Below, piece after piece: positions 43,023-57,367 of a stretch of DNA of 64,000 nt. How positions within the stretch are numbered: position 1 is the first letter of the stretch; the number at the start of each line of letters is the position of its first letter. The position numbers and the translations under genes were made by a program. The stretch is from Octopus vulgaris (taxonomy: Eukaryota): positions 5,642,001 through 5,706,000 of the forward strand of contig OX597838.1 of NCBI GenBank assembly GCA_951406725.2. Direction: 5' to 3'. A model generated the notes under the pieces. It made no database searches, was not told where the DNA came from, and saw only the letters and a list, made by a program, of their open reading frames with translations.

Positions 43023-43438
43023 CTCTTTCACTTTTCTCTTTTACTTGTTTCAGTCATTTGACTGCGGCCATGCTGGAGCACCGCCTTTAGTCGAGCAAAT
43101 TGACCCCGGGACTTATTCTTTGTAAGCCCAGTTCTTATTCTATCGGTCTCTTTTGCCGAACCGCTAAGTGACGGTGACGTAAACACACCAGCATCGGTTG
43201 TCAAGCAATGCTAGGGGAACAAACACAGACACACAAACATACACACACACACACACATATATATATATACACATATACGACAGGCTTCTTTCAGTTTCTG
43301 TCTACCAAATCCACTCACAAGGCATTGGTCGGCCCGGGGCTATAGCAGAACACACTTGGCCAAGATGCCACGCGGTGGGACTGAACCCGGAACCATGTGG
43401 TTGGTAAGCAAGCTACTTACCACACAGCCACACCTGCG

Positions 43439-43440
<2 letters not shown>
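43023..43440 (-). mobile_element. SINE family B, full-length (tRNA head + internal (TA)n(TG)n + structured tail)
   Basis: Minus strand ggcgcaggtgtggctgtgtggtaagtagc...ggttccgggttcagtccc (A and B boxes), CORE-like atcttggccaagtgtg, microsatellite spacer, tail ending gaaacaagtaaaagag. Confidence 0.92.
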
Positions 43441-43485
<45 letters not shown>

Positions 43486-44482
43486 TATTCGTACATATGA
43501 GAGTGTGGACATATATATGTGTATGTTTGTATATATGTACATATGTATTAGTGTGTGCGTGTATATATGTGTGCGAGTGCATGCCACCACAGTCCTCACA
43601 ATACTATTTAGCATATAAACTAGTTGCATTGACTTCCATAATTCTTCCTGGTCGTGGCACTTTTACTGGCATGCTGGTGCCACCGATGCTGCATTGTAAA
43701 GAGTCGTAGTGCATCGTAAAAAACCCATATGTATGTTAAATCTGAGATTATTGACAATAACAATGGTTTAATGCCACGTACACTAATGTAGATATAAAGA
43801 AGAAAAAAAAGCTAAATAAATATACGAAATAAAATAACGTATAACATATATTTACTCAGAGAGAGAGAATGTTTGTCTGGATAAATTGCCAGGCAGCAGA
43901 CAGAACATCTAAGTCTTAACTTAAAAGGGTATATTTGATATATTCCATTGTAATGACACTGGCAGATAGAAAATCTAATTAATCACAGAAAAATGTGATT
44001 AAGAACGGATGTACTAAGACATGGAGAGCAGCTCAAATCTCAACTGACTTCGACTACATTATAAATAATGCTGACATCTCCATCAAGCGTATACGCGGAT
44101 AAATCTGACAGCAGCCATAACACTTTATTACATATACAGTCATTAAACGAATGAACGACTTTTAGGGGGAATTCTGTAACAAAACAGACATTATGTAACA
44201 ACGAGCACAATAAAACGGATTTACTTATAAGCTATAAAAAATAAAAAAAACAAAACAAAACATACCTGCTTTTCGAAACATTGTCGTAATACAAAATTGA
44301 GAACATAAAAATTAGAGACATATATACGTAGTGAACTCTCGAGACAATACTAAGAGGAATATGTATTATGTATGTACACATAAGTAAAATGCAAACACAC
44401 ACACACACACACACACGGCCAAACTTCCCCCTGCATTTATATATGTATATGAATGCAACATCCATACATCATATGTCTAATA

Positions 44483-44529
<47 letters not shown>

Positions 44530-44726
44530 ATACATACATATATATATATACACACACATTTATATATATATATATATATACATGTATACACATATCAATA
44601 TAGGTATGTATATATGTATATATACTTGTGTATGTATACGTGGATATATGTGTGTAGATATATATACATATATATGTATGCATGCATGCATGCATGTATG
44701 TATGTATCTATGTATCTATCTATATA

Positions 44727-44799
<73 letters not shown>

Positions 44800-45567
44800 A
44801 TTCACATCAAATATGGCTGCCTCTTGCAAAACAGCCTAGGCGGCAAATACTTTTAAATGATTAGCGTGTACAAATATATTTACCCACATAAAGTAATTAT
44901 CGTGTAAATATCGTAAATCGGTGGATATAGTGTTTATATATTGAACATGTTACAGAGCGACAGGGCATTCTCCAGCGTCTAGGAAACTGTACCTGCATGT
45001 TATCAAACTGCATGCTTCGTTAATAGGGATTAATGCCAAAGTTTTGATAAACCTGTCGGAAAAAACTGCGCAGTGAAAGTGTGCACATTTTGTGGTTATG
45101 ATGCATCTTTCCAGCGTAGGGAAAAATGTGGGAGCGAGCATCAAGAAAATTGAACTAAGTTATTGTTAAGAATTGTCACTCAAACTACAATCTGAAGTCT
45201 GAAAATATAAGATCGCTTTCGACGAATTGGTAAGGGATAGGCTTTTGAATAACGAGATTTACGTTAATTTCTAATGATGGGTTGGGTTGTTTTTGATAAT
45301 TTGGCAGCCATTTCTTAGATCCCACCTGTACGATATTAGACACAACAATGGCGTCAGAAAAAAGGCAATATTTATTTCTGATGTAGGCACATGGCCAACA
45401 GATTTTAGCAGAGATGTTTTCGTAATCATATCGATCTCATAGGTGGCGCTTCAGTTCATCGATCAAACTTGATAGAAGCGAATTGAACCCAAGATACTAC
45501 ACGCAAAAGCGCACAATACACATTATATGTGTGTGCATGAACGTGTGTGTGTGTGTATGTACTTGTA

Positions 45568-45635
<68 letters not shown>

Positions 45636-45844
45636 GAAGTCGAATGCACAGTAATTTTACGTTACTAAAAATATAAATATATTTTTTCACTATGAAATTC
45701 TGTATATATTCCATTATAACATTTTCCTGTAATTTACCATGTGGAATTTTTGCACGAAATTTTCAAATATATTAATATGTGTGTTGGGTGTGTAGATGTA
45801 TGCCTGTGTCTTTATGTTTGAGTGTGTGTGTGAGTAAGTCTGTA

Positions 45845-45896
<52 letters not shown>

Positions 45897-46082
45897 GTAC
45901 ATGTACATTAATGGATTTATATGTACATTCATGCAAACACACACGCATAAATATGTTAGTTTCTATATTTGTGTGTATGAGTTTCTGTACGTTTATGGGT
46001 ATATGTGTGTCAGTTCAATTTTCAGCGCTGCTACTTACATGTAGTGCGAAACGACATGATATATAACTAGAATGTTCTTTAC

Positions 46083-46173
46083 GACCACAGGGTTCCGGGT
46101 TCAGTCCCACTGCGTGGGCCGATCGTGTAATTGTAAGTGAATTTTGTAGACGGAAACTAAAAGTAGACCCTTG

Positions 46174-46210
<37 letters not shown>

Positions 46211-46454
46211 GTGTGTGTGTGATATGTGTGTGTGTGCCCGTGTGTGTGTATGTGTGTGACTGTCCCCCAGCATCAATTGACAACCGATGCTGGTGTGTTT
46301 ACGTCCCCGTAACTTAGCGTTTCGGCAAAAGAGACCGATAGAATAAGCACTAGGCTTACAAAGAGTAAGTCCTAGGGTCGATTTGCTCGACTAAAGGCGG
46401 TGATCCAGCATGGCCACAGTCAACTGTGTGAACCAGTAAAAGTGTAAAGAGTAA
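46083..46454 (+). mobile_element. SINE family B with 5' truncation and internal deletion
   Basis: gggttcagtcccactgcgtgggccga (internal segment missing) ... gtttacgtccccgtaacttagcg...taaaggcggtgatccagcatggcc. Confidence 0.85.
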
Positions 46455-46486
46455 TATATCTATCTATCTATCTATCTATCTATCTA

Positions 46487-46539
<53 letters not shown>

Positions 46540-46564
46540 GTATGTATATGTATGTATGTATATG

Positions 46565-46596
<32 letters not shown>

Positions 46597-46826
46597 TATA
46601 AATATATAATTATTTGAGGGAATATTATTCACAACTTACAGGGAAACATTCTACCAAATATATACGTCTTTATTATTACAATTTACTTAATCATTGGTAT
46701 ATTATTGCTATTTTATTTTTAATATTTCTATTATATGTAATTTTCTAGATGGTGTAATTTAATTGTTCATCTTGAAATGATAAAAGGTGTTATTTTTCTA
46801 ATTTATATGTGCGTGTGTGTGTATGG

Positions 46827-46873
<47 letters not shown>

Positions 46874-47180
46874 CATATACCATCATACATACAGGCATAG
46901 CTTCAGACACGAATAAAGACTGTGGTCATAAGATACACAATGAAATAGCTCTATCATTGCAATATCATTTCTATGCAAGTCTAAAAATATGCATTGAGTG
47001 AAGTATCGGGATCGATATCGTGATCTATATCACAGAACGCTCTACCACAACACCACCGTAACAAGCATACATACTTGCATAGATTCATATATGGGCAAAT
47101 ATATACATACGCATACATACATGCACAAAGATACAGAGACACACACAATGACATATATATATATATATATATACGTATAC

Positions 47181-47223
<43 letters not shown>

Positions 47224-47671
47224 CACACACACTCACACACATATATATATATATATATATATACATATACACACAGGCACACAGAAACACACAATGGCAC
47301 ACACAGACATATTCGAGCATTTACGCATTCAGATGCTGTATTCATAGCTACGAAGGCAATACTAACACTAGCCGTGTGCTGTAACAAAAGGCGTCGAAGT
47401 GTATGAGAACAACTGGTATAATATGAGACGGTGCGATATAAAATATTTTCAACATTGAATTTCAAAAGAAAAGATTAGTAATCTGATATCATATCACAAA
47501 AAGTGTCAAACATAATATCAGCCGAAAAATTTGGTGATAATATATATTTTTTATTCTTTATAAACCTCGAAAAAATGCTGTTCTTTCTTTTTATTTTGTC
47601 TTCATATCCATAATCACACACGCACGTACACTCACATATACACAGACACACACATACATATGTATTTGTAC

Positions 47672-47771
<100 letters not shown>

Positions 47772-47979
47772 GTGTGTGTGTGTATACTTGTATACATATG
47801 CATATATATGATCATATGTCTACTTGAGTGTTACAATACGTAGAGAAAAAAACAATTCATATACGAACGCATATACGCAGACACATTTCACACGCACACG
47901 CACAGATGCACAAGCACCCACCCACACAGACGCACCCTCGCATATATGTATACATGTATATATATATATATATATCTAC

Positions 47980-48133
<154 letters not shown>

Positions 48134-48718
48134 ATACATTTATACATTTCGCTATTGTAGCGACTTTACACCATATATGATAAGATTCGATATGTACCAA
48201 GATAAATTATTTGTGATTTTGTTGGTGATGTTTCTCTATACTATTTTCATTGATGTTGTTTCTGTTAATGTTGTTGTAATATTGGTTTTCCAATATTCTC
48301 GAAAATATTTTATGGTTGTTTTACTTTCCCGCCATATTCTACGCTTAACTATTAGAAGTGTTCTATTATTACAGCACGACACAACCTTTATAATTCGATT
48401 TCATTTCGTATCGTTGCAGATATTTTTTTTTCTGTAATTTCTTTTAAATTAACATTATTTTTATGATAGCCATCACCATCACCGTCGTCGCCGGCATTAT
48501 CCTTGCCTCTCCGTCTCGTCATCATCACATGCTCATAATCATCAATATCATCGTCGTTGTTTAGAACGGTTGGGCCCGTATATGGTCTCTCGAAGTTAAT
48601 TAACAGCAGCATTCGTCCTATTTCTCTGGACTACCACGTTAGGTTGGTCGATAAATAATAATATCCAGTAGAACTGACGTCTCTCGTTTAGAGAGATTTA
48701 GAAATAATAATAATAATG

Positions 48719-48782
<64 letters not shown>

Positions 48783-48799
48783 TAATAATAATAATAATA

Positions 48800-49003
48800 A
48801 CTGGTACATCACACGTATTGAGAAGAGCATTGTCGATGTGAGAACTATTACTACCCATGTATTTTAATTTAACTTAAAAAAATGAACGAACTAGTGAGTT
48901 TAGTTTAATGGCCTACCAATGTATACTATGAGTTTCTTTGCCCTGGGAGTCGGGAAGACACTAGGCAAGAAATGGAAGCAAATTTGAAAGTAGAAAAAAA
49001 GAG
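48800..49003 (+). mobile_element. 3' end of a Dong/R4-type LINE
   Basis: 48800-48841 translates TGTSHVLRRALSM*. The 3' UTR ends as at 1162-1224. (AAT)n on both sides. Confidence 0.75.
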
Positions 49004-49008
49004 ATAAC

Positions 49009-49074
<66 letters not shown>

Positions 49075-49914
49075 TATAATAATAATTATAATTATATTCA
49101 CATATATATATATATGTGCATACGTATATATGCATATATGCACACACACACATGTAACAATAAATGTACTAGCTTAGCAATATAACGAAAATCCCTCAAA
49201 CGATTTGACATTACAATGGCTACGATGATGATAAATCCATAAATAATATAAAAGTAGCGACAAAAATTATATATGAAAAATAAACTTAATTATTATATTT
49301 AATCGGGAAAACAGAAGTCGATAATTTAATAATGTAGAACTCTTGGAAGAGAGTAAGAAAAAAAAAAAGAATCTTAATTAATGAGATTTGGTGCTTCATG
49401 GAGACATCTTTAACTGAAATGATGTAACACAAGCGAATAATATCAGAAATGAAATAAATTTGCACATCTAAATATGTTGATTGTTTACTTACAGAGCTTG
49501 GGAAAAATTTTCAGATGTGATAAAGATTTGTACTGTGGGTAACGATAACAATGATGATGATGATGATGATAATGATGATGATGATGATGATGATGATGAT
49601 TATGAAGATGTCTATGATATAAGTTATAATAATATTTTTTTTTGCCGTTTGGTATTGGTTACCAAATAAACATCAATTACTATTTCTTGTATCATAATGT
49701 GCAAGAAGATATAAAATTCAGTCACGATAGAAATCTTCAATGGAAAGATTTATTTTCGCAATAAGTTGTCGCAATTTCTATCAACATTAATAATTCCTTA
49801 AGAATCTGTATAATTCGCAGAATCTCGACAGCGTCGAATAAACATTCCTCGTTAAATTTGTTCCGAGTTTGGCTGTTTTGAGTTTAAATGCCACTCACGC
49901 TAATTGGTAGTATC

Positions 49915-50310
49915 TCTATTACTTGTTTCGGTCATTGTGTTGCGTCCATGCTGGAACTGTCCTTGAAGGATGTACTCAAGCAAATCAGCTCCTGAAATCA
50001 TTTTTAAAGCCTGGTAGATATTCTATCGCTCTTTTTCTTGTACCGCTATGTTATGTGGTTATAAAGACACCAACAGTGTTTGCAAACTTCTTTTGTTGGG
50101 GGTAACATCACAAATAGAAAGATATCCATATACATATATGGAGATATGAGTGTGTTTGTGTGAGTGCGTGTGTGTGCATATTAGTACAAAGAGCTTCCAC
50201 ATAATATCCGTATACCGTATTCACCGACAAGGCACTTGGCGGCCCGGGACTATAGTAAAACTCATTTGCTCAAGGTGCCAGGCAGCTAAGCGAAATTCTC
50301 AACTACACAG
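49915..50310 (-). mobile_element. Degenerate SINE B
   Basis: tacttgtttcggtcatt...ccatgctggaactg...aagcctggtagatattctatcg...ggcccgggactatagtaaaactcatttgctcaaggtgcca. Confidence 0.6.
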
Positions 50311-50654
50311 CCGTTCACAGGCGAGTGGTAACAAATTCTAATAATTCATTGGGAAATGAAGTCGGTGAGAAGAAAAAACAAGGACAGTCCATTCGGAGAT
50401 TTACTTCGCCAGTCGAATTCCATATTAGATTAACAGTTTCGGCTTGCTATACTTGAATCTGCTCCAATCTGGCCAGCTCCAAGGAAAATATAAGCTAAGA
50501 ACACTAGATTGCTTGAAGGAAAGAAGCGAATGTATACGAAAACGGAAAAAAACGAGAAATATTACACAAATACACATGCGAGTGACAGGCCATAAACAAC
50601 AGGTGTCTTTCGACTAAGGACAAATTAAATTAAGCTGATCGCTTAATAAACAGG

Positions 50655-50818
50655 TCTTTTATTATCCTCTCTGTTTATTTTCTCGTATTCATTTCTGTTG
50701 AAAAAGCGTAGGCGTAAAACATAAAAGGCTTTCTCAATTTTCCGAGCGTCAAACTAATACACCCGTTTGTTTATTTTTACACCTGTCTTCGTCTTTTGTC
50801 TTTCTATAAATTTCGCCC
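50655..50818 (+). mobile_element. Penelope-like short repeat (third copy) with decayed variant hammerhead
   Basis: tttctgttgaaaaagcgtaggcgtaaaacataaaag...ccgagcgtcaaactaatac...gtcttcgtctttt. Confidence 0.55.
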
Positions 50819-50829
50819 ATCTCTCTGTC

Positions 50830-50868
<39 letters not shown>

Positions 50869-51422
50869 ATGTGTGTGTGTGTGTGTGTGTATTGTGTGAG
50901 TGTGTGTATGTACATAAAGATATATACCTATGGGGACGTACCTATATCATATCATTTTGCAGTTCTTCTTATTTAGATAATAGTGAATATCTGTATTCAC
51001 CTAAATGATTTCTGATGTGTAAAGCACGGTGTTTAAAATAAATTGAATGTGTAATCAATGAAAGACAATTTAGAAAATGAATACATTCACACGCACACCC
51101 AAACACACACACAAGCACACACACTAACATACACATAGAAACACACACACACACACATACACACAAATATGTATCATGTATTATGCATATATAAATATAT
51201 ACTTATGTCTAAGCATATGACATGTTATATTACCGTTTACATCTATTATTTACAAGGAAACACGCAGACGCGTACACAATGACACGAAAGTGTATACATA
51301 TATTGACACAGGGATATATGCATGCACAAGTGCATATATAATACATACTTCAATATAAATAAATAGTATTTCTTCGCACATTAATAAGATATAAATATAT
51401 ATATGCATACCTATATATATGC

Positions 51423-51483
<61 letters not shown>

Positions 51484-51560
51484 AGATAGATAGATAGATA
51501 TGTAGATAGATATATAGGTAGAGAGATATATATGTATGTATAAATTCGTATATATATATG

Positions 51561-51593
<33 letters not shown>

Positions 51594-51913
51594 TTGCGTG
51601 TGAGTGTGCCTATGTACCTGTACACAGGTAAATGTGCGTCGTTTGTCAGTGCATACACACTTAGCTGTGCATTCATACACATAATACGTAGGCATTATGT
51701 ATATAAACTTACATCAATTTCTATAATGAACTCGCGCATATTATTACACGCATGCGTATTACTAACAATTATGGAGAAAGTAATAACATAATAAAAGCAT
51801 AAGTGATACGACACCATAATATGTATAAGTGTATAAGTATTCATACATATATAAATATGTGCATATATATACATACACACACATTTATATATTTATACTT
51901 TCGATTAGTTTTT

Positions 51914-51956
<43 letters not shown>

Positions 51957-52227
51957 ACTTCTTGCAAGTATAAAAATTATAATAGTGAAAATGGACTATA
52001 AAATATATAGATTATAATTATGTGGCCTATGAAATACATAAAAAAATGTTTCCATAATTTATTTGATAGAATATAACAAATATTTTCATAATCTCCATAC
52101 GTACTTTAAAATATGTTATTAGTTTCAGCTGTATTTTTTTCATCCGTTGCTAACGTTGTTTTTCTAATTATGATTTTCGCATCTTCTATGATCGCGTGTA
52201 TTTCATTGCGCGTCTGAACGTTAGTAC

Positions 52228-52303
<76 letters not shown>

Positions 52304-52458
52304 AATGAGATAGGGGAAAATTCTGGGATAATATATATCCAATATACTGCTAGATAGGTACCCAACAAAAATTAATACATAGATGTTAGAAATTGTCAAG
52401 CAATCAGTTCATCTATTGTATTAAATGGTAGGTAATAATATTACGTAATTAATACTAC

Positions 52459-52501
52459 AAAATAAGAATGGAAAAATTTAAATCAATATCAACTATCGAT
52501 G

Positions 52502-52533
<32 letters not shown>

Positions 52534-52791
52534 GATATATATAGTAAAGTAAAAGATAAAGAGATATAAGTAAAATTACAAATACAATATGCAAATAAAT
52601 AAATAAATCAAAACTATTTATTTGCATATTGTATTTGTAATTTTTTACTTATATATCTTTTTACTTTTACTATTACTGTATATCTCATTTCATTTTATAT
52701 ATTGCCTTTACTCCTATGTAATGGTGTATTAAAGTATGGATTATATCATCGATAGTTGATGTTTTATATTTAAGTATGTTTCTCCATTCTC

Positions 52792-52798
<7 letters not shown>
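52459..52798. repeat. AT-rich ~340-bp imperfect palindrome
   Basis: 52572-52601 is the exact reverse complement of 52615-52644 (30 bp). Outer arms share atcaactatcgatgatata/tatatcatcgatagttgat and agaatgga/tccattct. Confidence 0.85.
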
Positions 52799-52832
<34 letters not shown>

Positions 52833-52856
52833 CATATATATATATTATATGTATAT

Positions 52857-52915
<59 letters not shown>

Positions 52916-53212
52916 GTATATAGAGAGAGATAGATAGATTGATAGACAGAAAGATAGATAGATATTATGCATAAATATATGTTTGTGTATCTGTGATGGA
53001 AGGTGTGGTGATTGTGTAGTGTAAGCAGTCATTGATGAAAGAACGGAAAATGACCCCAAATCGTCTCATATTTGACATCTGAAAAAGGAATATTCCTCTC
53101 TTCACTTGTCACCAAGTCTCTGCCTCATGTTTTACACAATTAGATCAAGGAAAAGCGTATTTTTCCAGAATACAAATCGAAGTAATATATAATATAATAG
53201 AACCATGTCGAA

Positions 53213-53402
53213 GGTGGCGAGCTGACAGAAACTTTATCACGCCAGGCGAAATGCTTAGCAGTATTTCGTCTGCCGTTACGTTCTGAGTTAAAATTCCGCC
53301 GAGATCGACTTTGCCTTTCATCCTTTCGGGGTCGATAAATTAAGTACCAGTTACGCACTGGGGTCGATATAATCCACTTAATCCGTATGTCTGTCCTTGT
53401 TT
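53213..53402 (+). mobile_element. SINE family A, 3'-truncated monomer
   Basis: ggtggcgagctgacagaaac...gtatttcgtctgccgttacgttctgag...gtcgataaattaagtaccagttacgcactggggtcg. Confidence 0.9.
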
Positions 53403-54599
53403 CTCTCCTGAAGCATGGACACTGTCAAGTGACTGAAACAGGCAAACTATTAAAAGACTACTTGTATGGACCTTTGGGATATTTGAATTGTTTACAGAGA
53501 AAATCCGTTCCATAATCGTTAAAACTCGCAGATCATGGACCAAAATACAAACGTCTGCAAAACTGTGATTGTGACAGACCCAGAAAGAAAATGATAGAAA
53601 AAAAGCAAACTGTGATTGGCTGATGAAGTATCAGCCATAATAGAGGTCATGGTGAGGTTTGGAAAGGGTTGTAAAATATAGGAGTGTTGTTATAACTGAT
53701 AATGCTGATGTTGGATTCAAATATCCACATACCTATTGGTTTTGATAAATTTCCTGATATACTCTACGGCCAATATATTCTGTCTGCTAAAACCTGTTTC
53801 GGATTTTGTTATTATTTCATCTTCCATCATTTTTCTTTTTTCCTTTTTGGTTTTCGTTTTCTGGAAATCTCCATCAAATTTTATGGCAATAAAGTCGACA
53901 CATTATATCCAAATTAACTTTCTCTCCTGTATCCTGATGAGTTCTGATGGCTCCCTTATCTAAATGCACTGACATTCAAATAAAAAAAAAATGTCGTTGC
54001 TGCGCATAATTTACAAACCATTCCTTTTTTTATTTTATAAATCTTCCACCGATACATTCCAGCTGCGAATAGTATTATAACCCCATTTATACTGGCCTTC
54101 TTTCTCATTCGCTATTCTGATACCCAACACAATAAAAATAGAAACTGTGTGACACAAACATTACGTATTGAATCGTATTCAAATATAAATCACATGCCGT
54201 CGCCATCAGGAAATATCGCTGCATTATAAAACTAACGTAGATTAATATTTAGTTTGTATTTAATTATGAACCTCATAATTGTCAGTAGTGCCAGTATTAT
54301 ATAAATATATATATATATATATGCATATATATTTTATATATACATTCATATATAGGTATGCATGTATATATGTGTATATATGTATATGGATGTATATTTT
54401 AATATATATGTATATGTATATAGATACATATATACATATATTTATTGTGTGTAGGGATGTATACCTTCGTTCAATCACACCCAGTTACACTACCCCCACG
54501 CATTCCTTCCCTTGCCAGTCGGGGTCTGTGCTTCCTCCCGCTTCACTCCATCCAGTAACGAATTTCAGACTCGTGCAGATATTCATAGCTCCAGGTTTT

Positions 54600-55192
54600 A
54601 TCGCCCCTGGGTTAGTAGAGGGGAAAAATTCTGAAGCTTGGATTTTTGTTATTGTTGCAAATGTCTATGTGTTGGCTGAATGCTATTTTTCTGTTTTAGG
54701 GAATGTTCATCTGGGATCTGTGCAGAGCCATTCTTTTACGTAGAATGAGTTTTGTTTGGTCTATGTATTGCTCTTGACACCCAGAGCAGGTTAGTGCGTA
54801 TATCAGGTTCTCCGAAGCATATGTGAAGTTGCTTTTCACTGTGAAACGTTGACCCTGCTTGAAGGAGAACTCTGATCCCTCAATTAAATAGACGCATATC
54901 CCTCAGTTGGGATTATGCATTTTTTTACTGACGGGTTCTGTGTTGTTGAGCGTATTCGGTCTTGTGTTAGGATACTTTTCATAGATTTGGGCTGTTACTT
55001 GCTTTTTATGATGGTGTGTGTTTGGAGGATTATGTTCATTCTGTGATCCTTTTTTCGCAGGGGGATGTTTTGGAGGATGGTGTGTGCGTGGAGATGTATG
55101 GTAGGGCTTTTTGTTGTAAATCTTTCTTTAATTTGGGATGTCTGAGTTCCTGGATGTTGAGTTGAAGGGCACTTTGAAAGCATTTCTATTAG

Positions 55193-55195
<3 letters not shown>
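54600..55195 (-). pseudogene. Penelope-like element: linker and GIY-YIG endonuclease remnant
   Basis: Minus strand reads ...[58 protein letters not shown], the xIY-CxxC-YIG-T-R-H pattern of PLE endonucleases. In-frame stops present. Confidence 0.85.
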
Positions 55196-55245
<50 letters not shown>

Positions 55246-55305
55246 CATATGTGCAAATATATCAATAATATATATATAGAGAGAGACATTGTTATATTAT
55301 ATACG

Positions 55306-55376
<71 letters not shown>

Positions 55377-55856
55377 TAGAGACATACACACTCTCTTACA
55401 TGCATATAGGCATATATATACGCACACACACATACACACAAACGCACAGAGATGTATACTTTTGGATCGAAATATTTCAGAATTTTCAGATTCTGTTGGT
55501 GACGCTTGTCTGTAGTATACAGCAATATCCAAAAACCAAAATATTTATTCCGCAATCCAATTGAAATTCTATATGACTTCAATATACTGCACTGCGATAA
55601 ATTTGGAATTATTCGTTATGGTCGGAAAAGTCATTGAACGGTTATCGATATGAAACTCTCGTAGATTTGCTATTAAATTCGAGTTAAAAATCAAATGATT
55701 CTTTAATGATTTCGAAAACATCAATAGGCTCCTTAATGTCGGAGTGGATGGATATAACATTCAGCTTAAATCCAATCTTACATTTACCCTTAAAAACTAA
55801 CTATGAGACTCTACAACATTAATAATCCAGAGTTGCGTTTGTGTTATTTCACTTAC

Positions 55857-56645
55857 GCGCATGGCCTAATGGATACTGCATTCGACTTATGATCATAAAG
55901 TTGTGAGTTCGATTCCGAGTAGAACGTTTTGTCCTTAAGCAAAACACCTTATTTCACGTTGCTCCGGTTCACTGAGTTTCGAAAAATGAATGGTGCATTT
56001 TTTCAAAGGGCCACCCTTGTCACATTCTGTGTCACGCTGAATCAACTTTAACCCAATTTGTTGATGCATAATTTTTTATGCATTACTTGGTGTCTTAGGA
56101 GTTAATAATATTTAGTATATAAATTTTCTTCATGTGTGAATTATTTTGGATATTATGATACATTTTTCGAAAAGTTCCAAATGGGGTTTGCTGAAAAAAG
56201 CATATCTATCTTTTTCTATTCAATTGCAATAAATAAACATTTTGGTTTTCTTGAAACTATAGAATCAAATGCGAATCTTTATGAAATACCAATGAATGAT
56301 GGGAAATGCAAAAAAAATAAAAAGCCTTTTCAAAACATTCAAAATTTTTGTAGTTAAAAACTTTGCGATTTATGACATAAAATGTCCTCTAGAATTATTT
56401 TGAGCAGATTATGACAAAGTTTACCTACTAAATATTGTTAAAATGCAATGTGCATAAGCAATTCACCTCAAATTCAAGGAACAAATGGCTGTGAGACTGG
56501 TTTCATCATATTCCCAAATGCGGCCCATGGCTGGCAATGGGCTAAGTGTATTGATGTCTGTGGAGTGTTCAGTTACTTGCGGATTAATTTCACGAGAAAA
56601 CTGTTCCGTTGAGAAGGCCAACAGGAGCGCTTGTCGTTGTAAGCG
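55857..56645 (+). mobile_element. SINE family C split by a DNA-element insertion
   Basis: Left part 55857-56047 ends gtgtcacgctgaatc; right part resumes at ~56546 with gtgtattgatgtctgtggagtg...ttaatttcacgag. Confidence 0.7.
56052..56541. mobile_element. Candidate piggyBac-type non-autonomous insertion
   Basis: Begins CCCA after TTAA (56048-51) and ends TGGG before CTAA (56542-45), at the point where other SINE C copies have gttaag. TIR match beyond 5 bp is weak. Confidence 0.45.
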
Positions 56646-56689
56646 ACAGTGCCAGTGTGGTATCTCACCTTGTAGCATTACACTTCTGA

Positions 56690-56998
56690 AGGCCCATGAC
56701 TTAATGAGTAGTTTATTTGTCTCATGATCGTAACATCGGAAGTTCGATTCCTGGCAGTGCATCTTGTCCTTAAACAGACAGATTACTTCACGTTGCTTCA
56801 CTCTACACGCCTGGAAAACATTAGTAGTCACTGTATTTCAAAGGGCCAACCGTGTTACATAGTCGAGCTTTCAATGAACTACGTTAAGGTTGCGCGAATC
56901 ATCTGTGAAATGTCTAGTCAATTGATCGTTAATTACACGAGCAGGCTGCTCTATTGATTGGATCAACTGAAACCGTTGTCGTGGTAACCGACGAAGTG
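56690..56998 (+). mobile_element. SINE family C, older subfamily
   Basis: catgacttaatg...gttcgattcctgg...ctgtatttcaaagggcca...gattggatcaactgaaaccgttgtcgtggtaaccgacgaagt. Confidence 0.8.
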
Positions 56999-57094
56999 CA
57001 TTTAAGCACATTTGTGCTATAGGTACAAGAACTGAAGTACTTTGCGTTTTTTGTGGGGCTGGACGGAGATTATGTATGTTCATTCGCTGCATTC

Positions 57095-57200
57095 AATCGG
57101 TTCATATTTTATCGATGCTGTGATGCTGAAAGATAAAGTAGGTGTCGGTGGAATTTGAACTAAGAAGAGAAAACCGGTAGAGACGCCGCTAATACTTCGT
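57095..57200 (-). mobile_element. Degenerate SINE A fragment
   Basis: ttttatcgat...gaaagataaagtag...tcggtggaatttgaactaagaa...gccgctaa. Confidence 0.5.
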
Positions 57201-57367
57201 GCAGGTCATGAACAATTGTGTCAGGATACGGAGTACCTGGTGGTGTGAATCACGCTTTCGCTATTGTTTTCGCTTTGCACATGTAATCACGAGCAGATAG
57301 AGATACACTATTAATACCATACCATCAACCATGTGTCACTGCAAGATTGAGTAATTTCCATCGGAAG

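Noticed and set aside
50355-50650. Repeat-like block adjacent to a Penelope-like copy
   Set aside because: Probably TE-derived, but no second copy, ORF or ribozyme core in this window supports a specific call.
54279-54743. 154-aa + strand ORF
   Set aside because: It is microsatellite sequence plus the antisense of the Penelope-like GIY-YIG remnant.
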